NCBI GenBank assembly: GCA_026713285.1 | Contig: JAPOOT010000231.1 | Span: 1 to 49,306 of the forward strand | Source of the DNA: Gemmatimonadota bacterium | GTDB lineage: Bacteria; JAAXHH01 | Reading direction: 5' to 3' | DNA: 49,306 nt | Shown here: piece after piece, positions 26,724 to 37,395 of the stretch | Layout of the letters: every line of letters starts with the position of its first letter | How positions within the stretch are numbered: the stretch's first letter is position 1 | Notes under the pieces: model-generated | Told to the model about the DNA's origin: nothing | The model's database searches: none | The model's input: only the letters and a program-made list of their open reading frames with translations | Translations under genes and position numbers: made by a program

Positions 26724-27920
26724 ATGGCACAGGTCAGCATCGTCAGACACAATCCCATCGCCATTTTTTCCAATCCCACGGAAGTACTCGTCAGGGACGA
26801 CCATAACCAGGTCTTCCGCCTGATCGAGCCGAGTGGCAACGTGGGCACGCAGTATCCGAACGACATCGGTTCCGAGTGGTTCGGCACCATAGAGAACCTG
26901 AACAAGAACCTGGAGACCTGCGGCGTGAGCTGGTCGGACGTCTATAAGACAGACGTTCTGTGGACCACGCCCTCGAGCGACAGGGACGCCTGTGACCGGA
27001 TGAAGGACGACTACAACGCCATTTACGCACCGATGATAGACGCTGTGACCGGCGGGCCGCTCCGGTCCAATCGCATGGCGCGTTTCACGCACCCGGAGGG
27101 CTTCCCGGATCCCGTGGCGCTGTTCGAGGTCCAGATCAAGGCCGCCCGCGGCGAGAACGTAACCATTGGAGACGGCGTGATCGACTATGGATACTGGCGG
27201 GACCATCAACCGAGCGGGGCGTCGGTCATGCACACCCGCAACGGAGCGGTCGTTGCATCCCTGGGGTCCGACCTGGCGGAGGAAACGGCCTTCGTGCTGG
27301 ACGAACACTACGAGAAGCCCCTTGCCGAGGCCGGCGTCGATTTCAGGAAGCAGACGGTCTGGATGGAAATCCTTGTGGCCGTTGACGATGCGCCCGAAAA
27401 AACCTGGGAGAGGATCGAGACGGTAAGGCGGGTCTTCGAGGAATACTACGGCGACGACCGGCCAGCCGGGCTGATCTATCCGGTCTCCCGTATCCCGAAC
27501 CTGGACGGCATTGTCGAACCTCAGCCCCGCGTGGTCTCAGGCGACGTGAATATCACGCGCTCCGGCGTACTGGAGGACGGTTTCAGCACGTGGAACTCGA
27601 TCCGGTACGGCGGCGTGTCCGAAGTCATGTCCAGCGCCGTGGGCGGCGACGATGCGGCCCGCCAGCTTTCCACGCTGGATGCGCGCATCAGGGAGGCGGG
27701 CGGAAACGGGCTTAAAGAGGACGGCATATTCAACAACGCCTACGTGGTCGCCGGCGAGGATTCCAAAGCGAACAGGGCCTGGATACAGGAATTCAACGCG
27801 TCGTTCAGCGCGTGGTACGAAGGCACGGCGCCGGCGGGCCGCACCGCCCAGTTCATCGGCGGCGTTCAACAGGCGACCTACCGGTCAGGCATTTCGAACC
27901 GCGCCATTTTCGCCGGATAA
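26724..27920 (+). CDS. Protein with three tandem RidA/YjgF/L-PSP-like modules
   Basis: Three ~130-aa segments each show the RidA-type layout. (1) ENLNKNLETCGVSWSDVYKTDVLWT...YNAIY...PLRSNRMA...LFEVQIKAA. (2) EKPLAEAGVDFRKQTVWMEILV...FEEYYGDDRPAGLIYPVSRIP...VEPQPRVV. (3) LDARIREAGGNG...FNNAYVV...FSAWYEGTAPAGRTAQFIGGV. AAAGGA precedes the ATG. Confidence 0.5.
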   Translation: MAQVSIVRHNPIAIFSNPTEVLVRDDHNQVFRLIEPSGNVGTQYPNDIGSEWFGTIENLNKNLETCGVSWSDVYKTDVLWTTPSSDRDACDRMKDDYNAIYAPMIDAVTGGPLRSNRMARFTHPEGFPDPVALFEVQIKAARGENVTIGDGVIDYGYWRDHQPSGASVMHTRNGAVVASLGSDLAEETAFVLDEHYEKPLAEAGVDFRKQTVWMEILVAVDDAPEKTWERIETVRRVFEEYYGDDRPAGLIYPVSRIPNLDGIVEPQPRVVSGDVNITRSGVLEDGFSTWNSIRYGGVSEVMSSAVGGDDAARQLSTLDARIREAGGNGLKEDGIFNNAYVVAGEDSKANRAWIQEFNASFSAWYEGTAPAGRTAQFIGGVQQATYRSGISNRAIFAG

Positions 27921-27974
27921 CGAGGGAATGGACTGGTTCGGCATAGCGGCACAGACCCGGTCAATACCCGTGAG

Positions 27975-29666
27975 GTGCGTGTGATTCCAGGCCTCCTTCT
28001 GTGCATTCTCCTGCTCATTATTCCGGTCCTTCAATTCGCACAAGACGATCCGGCCCATCCAGGGGCTGCAAAGCAGCCTGTCAATGCGGTCGGCAAGACT
28101 ATGCCTCCGGATGCGGCGCCCCTCGCGCGGCAGGTTTTCTCCTTTCACCTGCCCGAGCCCACCACGCTCGATATCGGGATTGCCGTCTACGAGGCCACCG
28201 GTGCGGTGTTTTCCTTCGAAGGCCTTACCCGGCTAGACCACAATAACGAGTTGCTGCCGGCCGCGGCCGATCGATGGGAGCCAACTCCCGGCGGAACGCG
28301 CTGGACCTTCCATCTGCGCAGGGGCGCGAAGTGGAGCGACGGCAGACCCGTCACCGCGCACGATTTCGAATATGCCTTCAAGCGGATGGTCGATCCGGCC
28401 AGCGCGAACAGAAACGCGTCCTTTTATTACGAGATAGAAGGGGCTAAAGCCTTCAACCAGGGATTGACCCGGCAGGCGGATTCCGTCGGCGTGAAGGCCA
28501 TCGATGACTACACGCTGGAAATTCGAACCACGCTGCCCTGTCCCTATCTTCCCTACATCGCCTCCTTCCCCACCTCCGTCCCGGTCCCCCGCTGGCAAGT
28601 GGAGAAATACGGCCCCGCCTGGTCCGAGGCCGGCCGGTTCGTGACCAACTCCACCTTCAAGCTGGATTCGTGGGATCACGGTTCCCGCTTCGAATTCGTG
28701 CTGGACCCCAACTACAACGGTCCACACAAAGGGTACGTGGAACGGATCGTCGGCAAGTTCCTGGATACCCGAATGATGGCCGGCGGCACGCTGTCCTACG
28801 AAAACGACGAGATCGACATGCAGGACGTAACCCCCATCGATCTTCCCCGCGTCAGGAGACATCCTAGGCTATCGGGTGAACTGGACGTCAGCAAGGATTT
28901 CATGACCCATTTCCTCTTCTTCAACGCGGACTATGCACCTTTTGGCAATCTGAAGGTGCGCCAGGCGATCAGCCACGCGATCGACCGGCAGGCTATCTGC
29001 AGGGTGCTTCTTCAGGACCTGGGCGAGCCCGCCTATTCCATGCTTCCGCCTGGGTTTCCCGGCTACGCCGGCGGCAAGTACAGGGACATCCAGCGATTCG
29101 ATCCGGACCTGGCCAGACTGCGGCTGCGGGAGGCGGGTTACCCGGAGGGACGCGGGTTTCCCCGGATCGAGATGTGGATCAATAACATGGCCAGGCAACA
29201 GGTCGGTCAGGCCATTCAGGAGATGCTCAAGACCCACCTGGGCATCGACATGTCTATACGTGTCGTCGAGAACATCTCCTACCGGACCGCCCAGTACCAG
29301 CGAAAGATCCCCTTCAGCCTGATTCAGTATCATTACGACTACCCGGATCCCAACAACATGCTCGCCATGGTCTGGCGGTCCCAGCCGGCCGGATACAGCC
29401 GCCATCCCTGGGTAAACGCGGCATTCGACCGCCTCGTGGACGAAGCGGCTTCGGAAATGGACGTAGCCAGGCGATTCCGCCTCTACGACGAGGCGCAGCG
29501 GATCCTCTCCGAGGACGCAGGCGCCGTATTCCTGTATTACGGCAAGAAGGCTTCACTGCGTAAACCCTGGCTCAAGGGCATCAAGCGGGACCGTGACGGC
29601 GAATACCCCTTCTGGGGCAACAACACGGGCTATTTCGATATCTATATCGGAGAAGGCGGGCGGTAG
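27975..29666 (+). CDS. ABC transporter substrate-binding protein, family 5 (peptide/nickel/opine type)
   Basis: Signal peptide RVIPGLLLCILLLIIPVLQFAQ. Family-5 blocks W(T/S)FHLR.GAKWSDG.PVTA.DF and N..Y.GP, with size ~560 aa. Confidence 0.85.
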   Translation: MRVIPGLLLCILLLIIPVLQFAQDDPAHPGAAKQPVNAVGKTMPPDAAPLARQVFSFHLPEPTTLDIGIAVYEATGAVFSFEGLTRLDHNNELLPAAADRWEPTPGGTRWTFHLRRGAKWSDGRPVTAHDFEYAFKRMVDPASANRNASFYYEIEGAKAFNQGLTRQADSVGVKAIDDYTLEIRTTLPCPYLPYIASFPTSVPVPRWQVEKYGPAWSEAGRFVTNSTFKLDSWDHGSRFEFVLDPNYNGPHKGYVERIVGKFLDTRMMAGGTLSYENDEIDMQDVTPIDLPRVRRHPRLSGELDVSKDFMTHFLFFNADYAPFGNLKVRQAISHAIDRQAICRVLLQDLGEPAYSMLPPGFPGYAGGKYRDIQRFDPDLARLRLREAGYPEGRGFPRIEMWINNMARQQVGQAIQEMLKTHLGIDMSIRVVENISYRTAQYQRKIPFSLIQYHYDYPDPNNMLAMVWRSQPAGYSRHPWVNAAFDRLVDEAASEMDVARRFRLYDEAQRILSEDAGAVFLYYGKKASLRKPWLKGIKRDRDGEYPFWGNNTGYFDIYIGEGGR

Positions 29667-29918
29667 TGGCACAGACCCTGCCGCCGAGACCATTTCGGTT
29701 TGACAATACCCGAGGTGTGGGTACATTCAGGGAGATGCGTCGGGTCCAGGGATCCAGGGGATGGACGGGTCGCACCCGGACCGGTACGATTCTTCGTCAC
29801 CATCTCGAAAATCGGAATCGTTCAGGCAACACCATGCGCGGCCACACCAGTCGGCCGCCAGGATTTACCGTACCAGTTGTCTGAGATTTACCATATCAGT
29901 TGGCAGAAAGGACATTCG

Positions 29919-30908
29919 ATGAAAGCGGGACAGGTGGTCGCTCAGGAACGCATCGAAATCGTGGAATCCGAACGGCCGGACCTTGCGCTGGAACGCACCA
30001 ATCCGGACGCGCTCAGGGACATGGTGCTCGTGCGAACCGTAAACGCCGCCATTTGCGGTAGCGACCATCCGTTGTTTACGGGCCCGGCAAACTATCCCGC
30101 GGCCCCGGGCGTATCCCTGCATGAGAGTATAGGCGTCATCGAGAAATCGTGGGCGCGTGGATGCCGGGAAGGCGACCTCGTCCTGGCCCTGCCATCCGGC
30201 TCGAGCGCCATGGCCGAGTATTTCCTTGGATTCGGCGCGTCCGTGACCCCCCTGCCGGAGGATGTGCCCCAGGAACAGTCGCTGATGGCCCAGCCCCTGG
30301 GTACCGTGATATATTGCCTGCGTAAACTGGGCCACTGGTTCAACGCGGAAGTCGCTATAGTCGGCCAGGGTCCCATGGGTCTGCTCTTCACGGCCATGAT
30401 GTGGAACCTCGGCGCTGCACGGATCATCGGTATAGACCAGCACGACAACCGGCTTGCCGCCGCGAAGGAGATGGGGGCGACCCACACCGTGAACACGGCG
30501 AGTACCGATCCGGTGGAGGCCGTGAACGAGATCACCGATGGGCGCATGGCAGACGCGGTGATCGAAGTCGTGGGCGTTGAGGAGACCTTCAACCTGTGCG
30601 TCAGTCTGGCCAGGCAGGATGCGCGGTTCATCAACTTCGGCGTGCCCAAGACATCGCGGTACACGGTCGACATGATGGAACTTTTTCGAAAGAACCTGCA
30701 ACTGACGACTTCCGTGGGACCGGATATGCATATCGACTTTGCCAGCGCCATGCGCATGATTGGCGAGGGCCGCGTCGACGTTTCGCCAATGATCTCTCAT
30801 AAACTGCCTTTCGCCAGGGTCCAGGAAGGCTTCGAAATGGCCACGAAACGCAAGGGCGAGTGTATCAAGATCGTGGTGGATTTCGAGGAAAAGGGCCTGG
30901 GAAGGTAG
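29919..30908 (+). CDS. Zn-dependent medium-chain dehydrogenase (threonine/sorbitol dehydrogenase-like)
   Basis: NAAICGSDH (catalytic Zn Cys/His context) and a VGQGPMGLL Rossmann motif. ATG 29919 is preceded by AAAGGA. The 73 upstream codons in the track ORF have no family counterpart. Confidence 0.8.
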   Translation: MKAGQVVAQERIEIVESERPDLALERTNPDALRDMVLVRTVNAAICGSDHPLFTGPANYPAAPGVSLHESIGVIEKSWARGCREGDLVLALPSGSSAMAEYFLGFGASVTPLPEDVPQEQSLMAQPLGTVIYCLRKLGHWFNAEVAIVGQGPMGLLFTAMMWNLGAARIIGIDQHDNRLAAAKEMGATHTVNTASTDPVEAVNEITDGRMADAVIEVVGVEETFNLCVSLARQDARFINFGVPKTSRYTVDMMELFRKNLQLTTSVGPDMHIDFASAMRMIGEGRVDVSPMISHKLPFARVQEGFEMATKRKGECIKIVVDFEEKGLGR

Positions 30909-30979
30909 TCCAGCGAAAGTTTACCGGACTGTGCGTGGGCTGTTCATGGCGCACTGGAGACGCTTGGAGGTACGACGTC

Positions 30980-32839
30980 ATGCGTAAGAATACGGGTACG
31001 GCGGCAAAGGCCGTTGCGGTTTGTTTGTTCGCCTCCCAGATCGCCTGCGGCGGCGGCGAAACGACGGAAGATCCATGGAACAAGGTACAGGCGATCCTGG
31101 CTGAATCGAGGGATACGGTCGTGCTCGATGGTACCGAGAAGGCGGCGCTGAAATACGCGGGGACGGACGAACCGGAGTTCGGCGACTGGATGGTACGCCA
31201 CGCCCTGTCCGATCCCGAAAACTTCAATCCCTACACGTCGAGCGACCAGGGCGCCACGCAGGTTCACACCTATGTCTTCGAGTCCCTGTTGGAGCCGGAC
31301 TACGATCCGCCCTACACCCAGCGTGGATATATCGCGGTGGACTATCCGTCCGTATCGGAAGACAAGCTCACCTATACCTTCCGTCTGCGCGAGAACGCCC
31401 ATTTCGCGGACGGCGTTCACTTGACGGCGGATGACGTGCTCTTCAGCATCAAGACCATCCTGACCCCGACCGTGCGGGCGCCGCACCTGCGAAACTATTA
31501 TGCGTCGATCGTAAACGTCAGGAAACTTGGCGATTACGAGATCAGTTTCGAATGCAGGGAACCCTACATCCTGAACGATCTCTTCCTCGGCGGCTTCGAT
31601 ATCCTTCCGCGTCACTTCTACGATCCGGACGGCCTGCTCGATCCGGTGACGATCGGGAGCCTCATCGACGGAAGCTGGGAAGCGGGTGGACACGCGGACC
31701 GGGTACGGCAATTCGGCGAACGGTTCAACCAGGATTTCAACCGCCGCATGCTTGGTTCGGGGCCCTACGGCGTGGCGGACTGGGAGAATGACGTGCTCAC
31801 CGGACAGCGGGTCGTACTCAGCCGGAACGAGAACTACTGGGGCCGGGAAGTGGACGGGCTCCCCCCCGCGGGTAATGTGGACAAGGTAGTCTTCAAGATT
31901 ATAAACAACCTGGACGCCGCTTTCATCGAACTGACCAACGGCAACCTCGATCTCCACGGGATGAAGCCCCTCGAGTTCAAGGAGAAGAGCTGGTCCCCCG
32001 ACTTCACAGACCGTTTCATGAAGGGCATTCAGTACGCGGGAGGCTACACGTATATCGGGTGGAACAACGACCATCCCATATTCCGGGACCGGCGGGTCCG
32101 CCAGGCGATGACCCACCTTACAGATCGTGAATCCATGGTGCGCAACCTGCTCTTCGGACTCGCGGAGACGGTCGAAAGTCCCATACACAAGTTCCGGCCC
32201 GAGTACAATCACGACCTGCAACCCTACGCTTTCGACCCGGACCTGGCCCTGTCTCTCCTGAACGAGGCAGGATGGTCGGATTCGGACAACGACGGGATTC
32301 TCGACAAGGAGATCGACGGCAAAAGGATTCCCTTCCGCTTCGAGTTTCTCGTCAATTCGGGAAACCAGCTCAGGAAGGACATCGCGCTTACGCTTCAGAG
32401 CGCCCTGGAAGACCTCGGCATCGACTGCCAGGTACGCGAACTGGACTGGTCGATATTCCTCGAAAGGGTAAAGGACAAGGACTTCGCTGCCGTGACGCTC
32501 GGCTGGAGCGGCGGTACGGGTCTGCGTTTCCCGCCGGATGCCTACCAGATCTGGCATTCGTCGCAGATCGAAGGGAACGGATCGAACTTCGTCAGTTTCA
32601 GGAACGAGGAATCCGATGGGATCCTCGAAGTCTACCGGACGGATTTCGACATGGACCGGCGGATTGAATTATATCGGCGTTTCCAGGAAATCCTCCACGA
32701 GGAACAACCCTATACCTTTCTATGGAAATCGCGCGTCGCCAGTGCATACAGCCGGCGCTTTCATGGCGTAAACTGGTATCCGGCCGGCGCCGTGAACCAG
32801 GAATGGTGGGTAGAGCCCACCGACCGGATGTATCAGTAA
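30980..32839 (+). CDS. ABC transporter substrate-binding lipoprotein, family 5 (second copy)
   Basis: MRKNTGTAAKAVAVCLFASQIACGGG is a signal peptide with a lipobox-like IAC. Family-5 blocks YTFRLRENAHFADGVHLTADDV and NENYWG are present. GGAGG lies 10 nt upstream of ATG 30980. Confidence 0.85.
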   Translation: MRKNTGTAAKAVAVCLFASQIACGGGETTEDPWNKVQAILAESRDTVVLDGTEKAALKYAGTDEPEFGDWMVRHALSDPENFNPYTSSDQGATQVHTYVFESLLEPDYDPPYTQRGYIAVDYPSVSEDKLTYTFRLRENAHFADGVHLTADDVLFSIKTILTPTVRAPHLRNYYASIVNVRKLGDYEISFECREPYILNDLFLGGFDILPRHFYDPDGLLDPVTIGSLIDGSWEAGGHADRVRQFGERFNQDFNRRMLGSGPYGVADWENDVLTGQRVVLSRNENYWGREVDGLPPAGNVDKVVFKIINNLDAAFIELTNGNLDLHGMKPLEFKEKSWSPDFTDRFMKGIQYAGGYTYIGWNNDHPIFRDRRVRQAMTHLTDRESMVRNLLFGLAETVESPIHKFRPEYNHDLQPYAFDPDLALSLLNEAGWSDSDNDGILDKEIDGKRIPFRFEFLVNSGNQLRKDIALTLQSALEDLGIDCQVRELDWSIFLERVKDKDFAAVTLGWSGGTGLRFPPDAYQIWHSSQIEGNGSNFVSFRNEESDGILEVYRTDFDMDRRIELYRRFQEILHEEQPYTFLWKSRVASAYSRRFHGVNWYPAGAVNQEWWVEPTDRMYQ

Positions 32840-32917
32840 TCGCACGTTCCAGCACCTGTCCGCACCCGTGATGACGCGCGCAACCGACCATGATCCAGGC
32901 CAGGATCATAGGCACCT

Positions 32918-34219
32918 ATGCTCGGTTACATCCTTCAACGCTCACTGCTCATGGTCCCCACGCTCGTCGGGATCACGGTGATATCCTTCTTCATTATGCA
33001 CCTCGCTCCAGGCGATCCCGTGGACCTGTTCCTCGGCGGTGTGGCCGGCGGCGAGGGACTCGCTTCCGACCGCCAGCAGGATATCGAGAAGACACGGCAG
33101 GAACTGCGCAGGCAACTGGGCCTGGACCAGCCTGTCCACGTACAGTACTTCAACTGGGTCACTTCGCTTTTCCTGAAAGTCGAATCCATCAGTACCTTCG
33201 ATCGCAGCGCAATGCGGGCGGACCGGTTGCTGGAACGGCTCGAGGCGTCGGAACGCCGGGCGCTGGCGGGACTGGACAGAGCGGACCAGAAAGAACGGTT
33301 CCTTGTCCTTGTGCGGGAATTGGCGCCAGCGGATGCAAGCGAACTGGAACGATCTTCTTTCTGGGAAGGGAGGACCTTCAGCGCCGAGGGCAACTACACC
33401 TACAGGGGCGCGGGTATAGAACTCGCCAAACTCGCCGGATACCGCTTCGTCACGTTGGATTTCGGCCGTTCTTTCAAAGATAACCAGCCCGTCATCGGCC
33501 GGATCATGGAGCGGCTGCCCGTAACCCTCGAGATCAACATCATCGCCGTCATAATCGCCTATCTGGTCGGCCTGCCCCTCGGTGTCTGGCTTGCGGTAAA
33601 GCAGAATACCCTCACGGACAGGGCACTGACGTCCGGCACTTTCGTCCTCTGGTCCATGCCCTCTTTCTGGGTGGGCATGCTGCTGATCATATTCCTGTGC
33701 AACCGGGAGTTTTTCTACTGGTTTCCGGCATCGGGCATACAGTCGCTCGAAGCCTCCGGCGACTGGAGTGCCTGGCGGATCCTCACGGATCACATGTACC
33801 ACATGTTCCTGCCCGTACTGGCCTCCGCCTATATCAGTTTCGCGACGATTTCGCGGTTCATGCGGACGAGCATGCTGGAGAACCTGCGCCAGGATTACGT
33901 GCGGACCGCCCGAGCCAAGGGATTGTCGGAAAAAGTCGTCATCCTGCGCCACGTGTACCGCAATTCCCTGATACCGATCGTGACCACGTCCGCCGGGTTG
34001 CTTCCGGCCATGATCGCGGGGTCCGTATTCATCGAAACGATATTCACCATACCCGGTATGGGGCTGCTCGGATTCGAGTCGGTGCTGAACAGGGACTATC
34101 CCATGGTCATGGCGATATTCACCATCGGATCCCTGCTTTCGCTCCTGGGCATCCTGGTGGCGGACATACTGCTCAAAGTGGTCGATCCAAGAATCACTTT
34201 CGACCAGTTGCAGGGTTAG
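32918..34219 (+). CDS. ABC transporter permease (DppB/OppB-like) with enlarged first external loop
   Basis: MLGYILQRSLLMVPTLVGITVISFFIMHLAPGDP N-terminus and the EAA-type loop YVRTARAKGLSEKVVILRHVYRNSLIP. At 433 aa it is longer than I expect for this family, because of an insert after TM1. Confidence 0.85.
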   Translation: MLGYILQRSLLMVPTLVGITVISFFIMHLAPGDPVDLFLGGVAGGEGLASDRQQDIEKTRQELRRQLGLDQPVHVQYFNWVTSLFLKVESISTFDRSAMRADRLLERLEASERRALAGLDRADQKERFLVLVRELAPADASELERSSFWEGRTFSAEGNYTYRGAGIELAKLAGYRFVTLDFGRSFKDNQPVIGRIMERLPVTLEINIIAVIIAYLVGLPLGVWLAVKQNTLTDRALTSGTFVLWSMPSFWVGMLLIIFLCNREFFYWFPASGIQSLEASGDWSAWRILTDHMYHMFLPVLASAYISFATISRFMRTSMLENLRQDYVRTARAKGLSEKVVILRHVYRNSLIPIVTTSAGLLPAMIAGSVFIETIFTIPGMGLLGFESVLNRDYPMVMAIFTIGSLLSLLGILVADILLKVVDPRITFDQLQG

Positions 34220-34229
34220 GAGATCGGCA

Positions 34230-35312
34230 GTGGGATCGAACCCGGACATAAAAAAGGAAATAGCGGCCGAAAACGGCATGCCCTTCGACGCGGTAGAGAA
34301 TGAAAGCGGCGAAAGCTTCTGGCGGTTGACGCGCAAGGAGTTCCGCAAGAACCGTCCGGCACTGTACAGTCTATATGTCCTCGCGGCCATGGCCACAGTC
34401 GCGCTTACTGCCGACCTGATCGCCGGCAACAAGCCGTATTACATGGTGTACGAGGGAGAAACCTACTTCCCTGCGTTTCGCCAATACGCGGTGTATACCG
34501 GCCTGATGGACTGGCCAGAGGAATTGAGGACGCGGAAGAACTTCAAGCGGTACGCCTACAGCGACGCGGTGTTTCCCATCATCCCCTACGCGCCGGACGA
34601 GATCCAACTCGGCGAAAGCTACGAACGGCCGGGAGGCGCACATCTCTTTGGCACGGACCGCCTTGGCCGTGACGTGCTGGCCGGACTCATTCACGGCACG
34701 CGGTACTCGCTGACCATCGGGCTGGTTTCGGTGGGCATTTCCCTGCTCATCGGCGTGGGACTCGGCGCGCTGGCGGGATTCCTCGGCGGGTGGACGGATC
34801 TGTTTCTGTCCCGGGTGTTCGAACTATGGGCGGCGATACCTCCCTTCTTCCTGATCATCACCGCGGCGGCCTTCTTCCCGCCGAGTCTCTTCTGGATCAT
34901 GATCATCATCGGATTCACGGGATGGGTGGGCATCGCCCGGTTGACCCGGTCCCAGTTCCTCCAGATCCGGGCCTTCGACTACATCGCGGCCGCACGGGCC
35001 CTGGGCTGTTCGAATCTGCGCATCATGGCGGTGCACGTCCTGCCCAACGCCATCGCGCCCGTGCTGATTCCCGCGGCTTTCGGCGTGGCCGGCGCCATCC
35101 TGGCCGAATCGGGACTGAGCTTCCTGGGCATCGGCGTACCCGCCGAAGTCATCACATGGGGATCGCTGCTGGCCGGCGCGCGCAGCAATATCGCGGCCTG
35201 GTGGCTGGTGATCGTGCCCGGATTCGCCATTTTCATCACGGTAACCCTGTACAACCTGCTGGGAGACGGATTGCGCGACGCCCTCGACCCGAGGCAGCGC
35301 GAAGCCGCATAG
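34230..35312 (+). CDS. ABC transporter permease (DppC/OppC-like)
   Basis: [19 protein letters not shown], and [29 protein letters not shown] (EAA loop). GTG 34230 is preceded by AGGAG. Confidence 0.85.
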   Translation: MGSNPDIKKEIAAENGMPFDAVENESGESFWRLTRKEFRKNRPALYSLYVLAAMATVALTADLIAGNKPYYMVYEGETYFPAFRQYAVYTGLMDWPEELRTRKNFKRYAYSDAVFPIIPYAPDEIQLGESYERPGGAHLFGTDRLGRDVLAGLIHGTRYSLTIGLVSVGISLLIGVGLGALAGFLGGWTDLFLSRVFELWAAIPPFFLIITAAAFFPPSLFWIMIIIGFTGWVGIARLTRSQFLQIRAFDYIAAARALGCSNLRIMAVHVLPNAIAPVLIPAAFGVAGAILAESGLSFLGIGVPAEVITWGSLLAGARSNIAAWWLVIVPGFAIFITVTLYNLLGDGLRDALDPRQREAA

Positions 35313-35319
35313 GAGTAGC

Positions 35320-36309
35320 ATGCCGAATACAATCCTGCGCGTCTGCGACCTGAAGACTTACTTCGACACCGAGAGCGGCGTGGTACGTGCCGTCGACGGC
35401 GTCAGCTTCGAGGTGGAGGCCGGCAGGACGCTGGGCATCGTGGGAGAGTCCGGATGCGGCAAAAGCATGACCGCCTATTCAATCCTGGGCTTGATCCCGC
35501 AACCTCCCGGCCGCATCGCCGGTGGCGAGGTGTTTTTCGAGGACAGGGACCTGCTGCAACTCACTTCCCGCCAGATCCGGGAGATTCGAGGCAACGACAT
35601 CGCCATGATCTTCCAGGAACCGATGACTTCCCTGAATCCCGTATTCACCGTCGGCGAACAGATCGCCGAAGCTATCCGCCTTCACCGGGGCGCCGACCGG
35701 AAGGAGGCCTGGCGGCGGGCCGTAGAGCTGTTGGACCTGGTCGACATCCCGCTGGCGGAAGAACGGGCCGGAAGCTATCCCCACGAACTCAGTGGAGGCA
35801 TGCGCCAGCGCGCGATGATCGCCATGGCCATCTCCTGCGATCCCAAGCTATTGATCGCCGACGAACCGACGACGGCGCTGGACGTTACGATTCAGGCACA
35901 GATTCTCGATGTGCTGCGTCGTCTGCAGGAAGAACTGGGCATGGGACTGATGCTGATTACCCATGACCTGGGCATCGTGGCCGAGATGGCGCACGAGGTA
36001 CTGGTCATGTACGCGGGCCAGGTCGTGGAACAGGCCGACGTCAAAACGTTATTTGGCAGTCCCCGCCATCCATACACCCGCGGGTTGCTCGCGTCCGTGC
36101 CGACCATGAGCTCGGGTACAGAGGAACTTTCGACCATCGAGGGCACGGTACCCGACCCCGTGCGCTTCCCTGCCGGATGCCGTTTCGCGCCGCGCTGCGA
36201 TTTCGCGGCGGAAGCCTGCGACCGGCCGCAGGCGCTACTGGACGTGGAGGGCCGCCACGTGGTCCGTTGCGGCGAATGGCAGCGGGTTTCGCAGAAGGAT
36301 ATGGCCTGA
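35320..36309 (+). CDS. ABC transporter ATP-binding protein (DppD/OppD-like)
   Basis: Walker A GESGCGKS, signature LSGGMRQR, Walker [13 protein letters not shown], and a C-terminal oligopeptide-type extension ([10 protein letters not shown]). Confidence 0.9.
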   Translation: MPNTILRVCDLKTYFDTESGVVRAVDGVSFEVEAGRTLGIVGESGCGKSMTAYSILGLIPQPPGRIAGGEVFFEDRDLLQLTSRQIREIRGNDIAMIFQEPMTSLNPVFTVGEQIAEAIRLHRGADRKEAWRRAVELLDLVDIPLAEERAGSYPHELSGGMRQRAMIAMAISCDPKLLIADEPTTALDVTIQAQILDVLRRLQEELGMGLMLITHDLGIVAEMAHEVLVMYAGQVVEQADVKTLFGSPRHPYTRGLLASVPTMSSGTEELSTIEGTVPDPVRFPAGCRFAPRCDFAAEACDRPQALLDVEGRHVVRCGEWQRVSQKDMA

Positions 36310-36311
36310 CC

Positions 36312-36362
36312 GAGTGTGGAAGATGACGGAATGTGGGAAATGACGGAGTGTGGGAAATGACG
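36312..36362. repeat. 17-bp tandem repeat, 3 copies (GA(G/A)TGTGG(A/G)A(G/A)ATGACG)
   Basis: Units lie at 36312..36328, 36329..36345 and 36346..36362, read directly. The array fills the spacer between the two ATPase genes. Each unit carries an ATG, and the last one (36357) is the in-frame start candidate. Confidence 0.9.
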
Positions 36363-37361
36363 GAATCGACTGACCTGTTGTTAAAGGTACAGGGTCTGAA
36401 GAAACACTTCCCCGTGGGAGGCGGACTGCTGCGGCGTCGCCGGACGGTGATTAAGGCCGTAGACGGCGTCGATCTTTCGCTTCAGCGAGGCGAAACGCTG
36501 GGGCTGGTGGGTGAGAGCGGGTGCGGCAAGACCACGATAGGGCGGGCCATTATGCGCCTGATTCATCCGTCCGCGGGAACCGCCACCTTCCATACCGCAC
36601 TCGAGGACGGTCAGGAAAGAAGGCCGCACGAAGTTTTTACCATGAAGAAAGGCGATCTCCGGCGGCTGCGACGCCAGATGCAGATCGTATTCCAGGACCC
36701 CTACGGCTCCCTCAACCCCCGTATGACCGTGGGTTCCCTGCTCCGGGAACCGCTTACCGTTCATGGATTGAGTACGCGGGGAGAAGCTGGAGACCGCGTG
36801 GCCGACCTGCTCGAAACGGTGGGCCTGAATCCCGCGCACGCACGCCGATATCCCCATGAGTTCAGCGGCGGCCAGCGACAACGCATCGGCATCGCCCGCG
36901 CCCTGGCCGTCCGGCCCGAACTGATCATTGCCGACGAGCCGGTCTCGGCGCTGGACGTATCGATCCAGGCACAGATCATCAACCTGCTCAAGGTGCTGCA
37001 GGAACGGTTCCGGCTCAGCTATCTCTTCATATCCCACGACCTTCGCGTGGTGCGGCATATCAGCGACCGGGTGGCCGTCATGTATCTCGGCAAAATCGTG
37101 GAAACGGCCACAAGAGATCAGCTCTACGCGAAACCGCTTCACCCCTACACTACGGCCCTGCTCTCGGCCGTGCCCCTGCCCGATCCCACGCTGGAACGCG
37201 ACCGGACCATCCTCAAGGGCGACGTGCCCAACCCGGCGGCCATTCCCCCGGGGTGTCCCTTCCATCCCCGGTGCCCCCTGGCGGAAGCCCGATGCAAGAC
37301 CGAAGTCCCCGCGCTGGAAGACAAGGGTAACGGCCACAGGGCGGCGTGCCACCTGATCTGA
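36357..37361 (+). CDS. ABC transporter ATP-binding protein (DppF/OppF-like)
   Basis: Walker A GESGCGKT, signature FSGGQRQR, Walker [13 protein letters not shown]. The start is either ATG 36357 or the track GTG at 36333. Confidence 0.9.
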   Translation: MTESTDLLLKVQGLKKHFPVGGGLLRRRRTVIKAVDGVDLSLQRGETLGLVGESGCGKTTIGRAIMRLIHPSAGTATFHTALEDGQERRPHEVFTMKKGDLRRLRRQMQIVFQDPYGSLNPRMTVGSLLREPLTVHGLSTRGEAGDRVADLLETVGLNPAHARRYPHEFSGGQRQRIGIARALAVRPELIIADEPVSALDVSIQAQIINLLKVLQERFRLSYLFISHDLRVVRHISDRVAVMYLGKIVETATRDQLYAKPLHPYTTALLSAVPLPDPTLERDRTILKGDVPNPAAIPPGCPFHPRCPLAEARCKTEVPALEDKGNGHRAACHLI

Positions 37362-37395
37362 CGACCGGGTCTGATGACTTGGTCCGATGGTCTGG

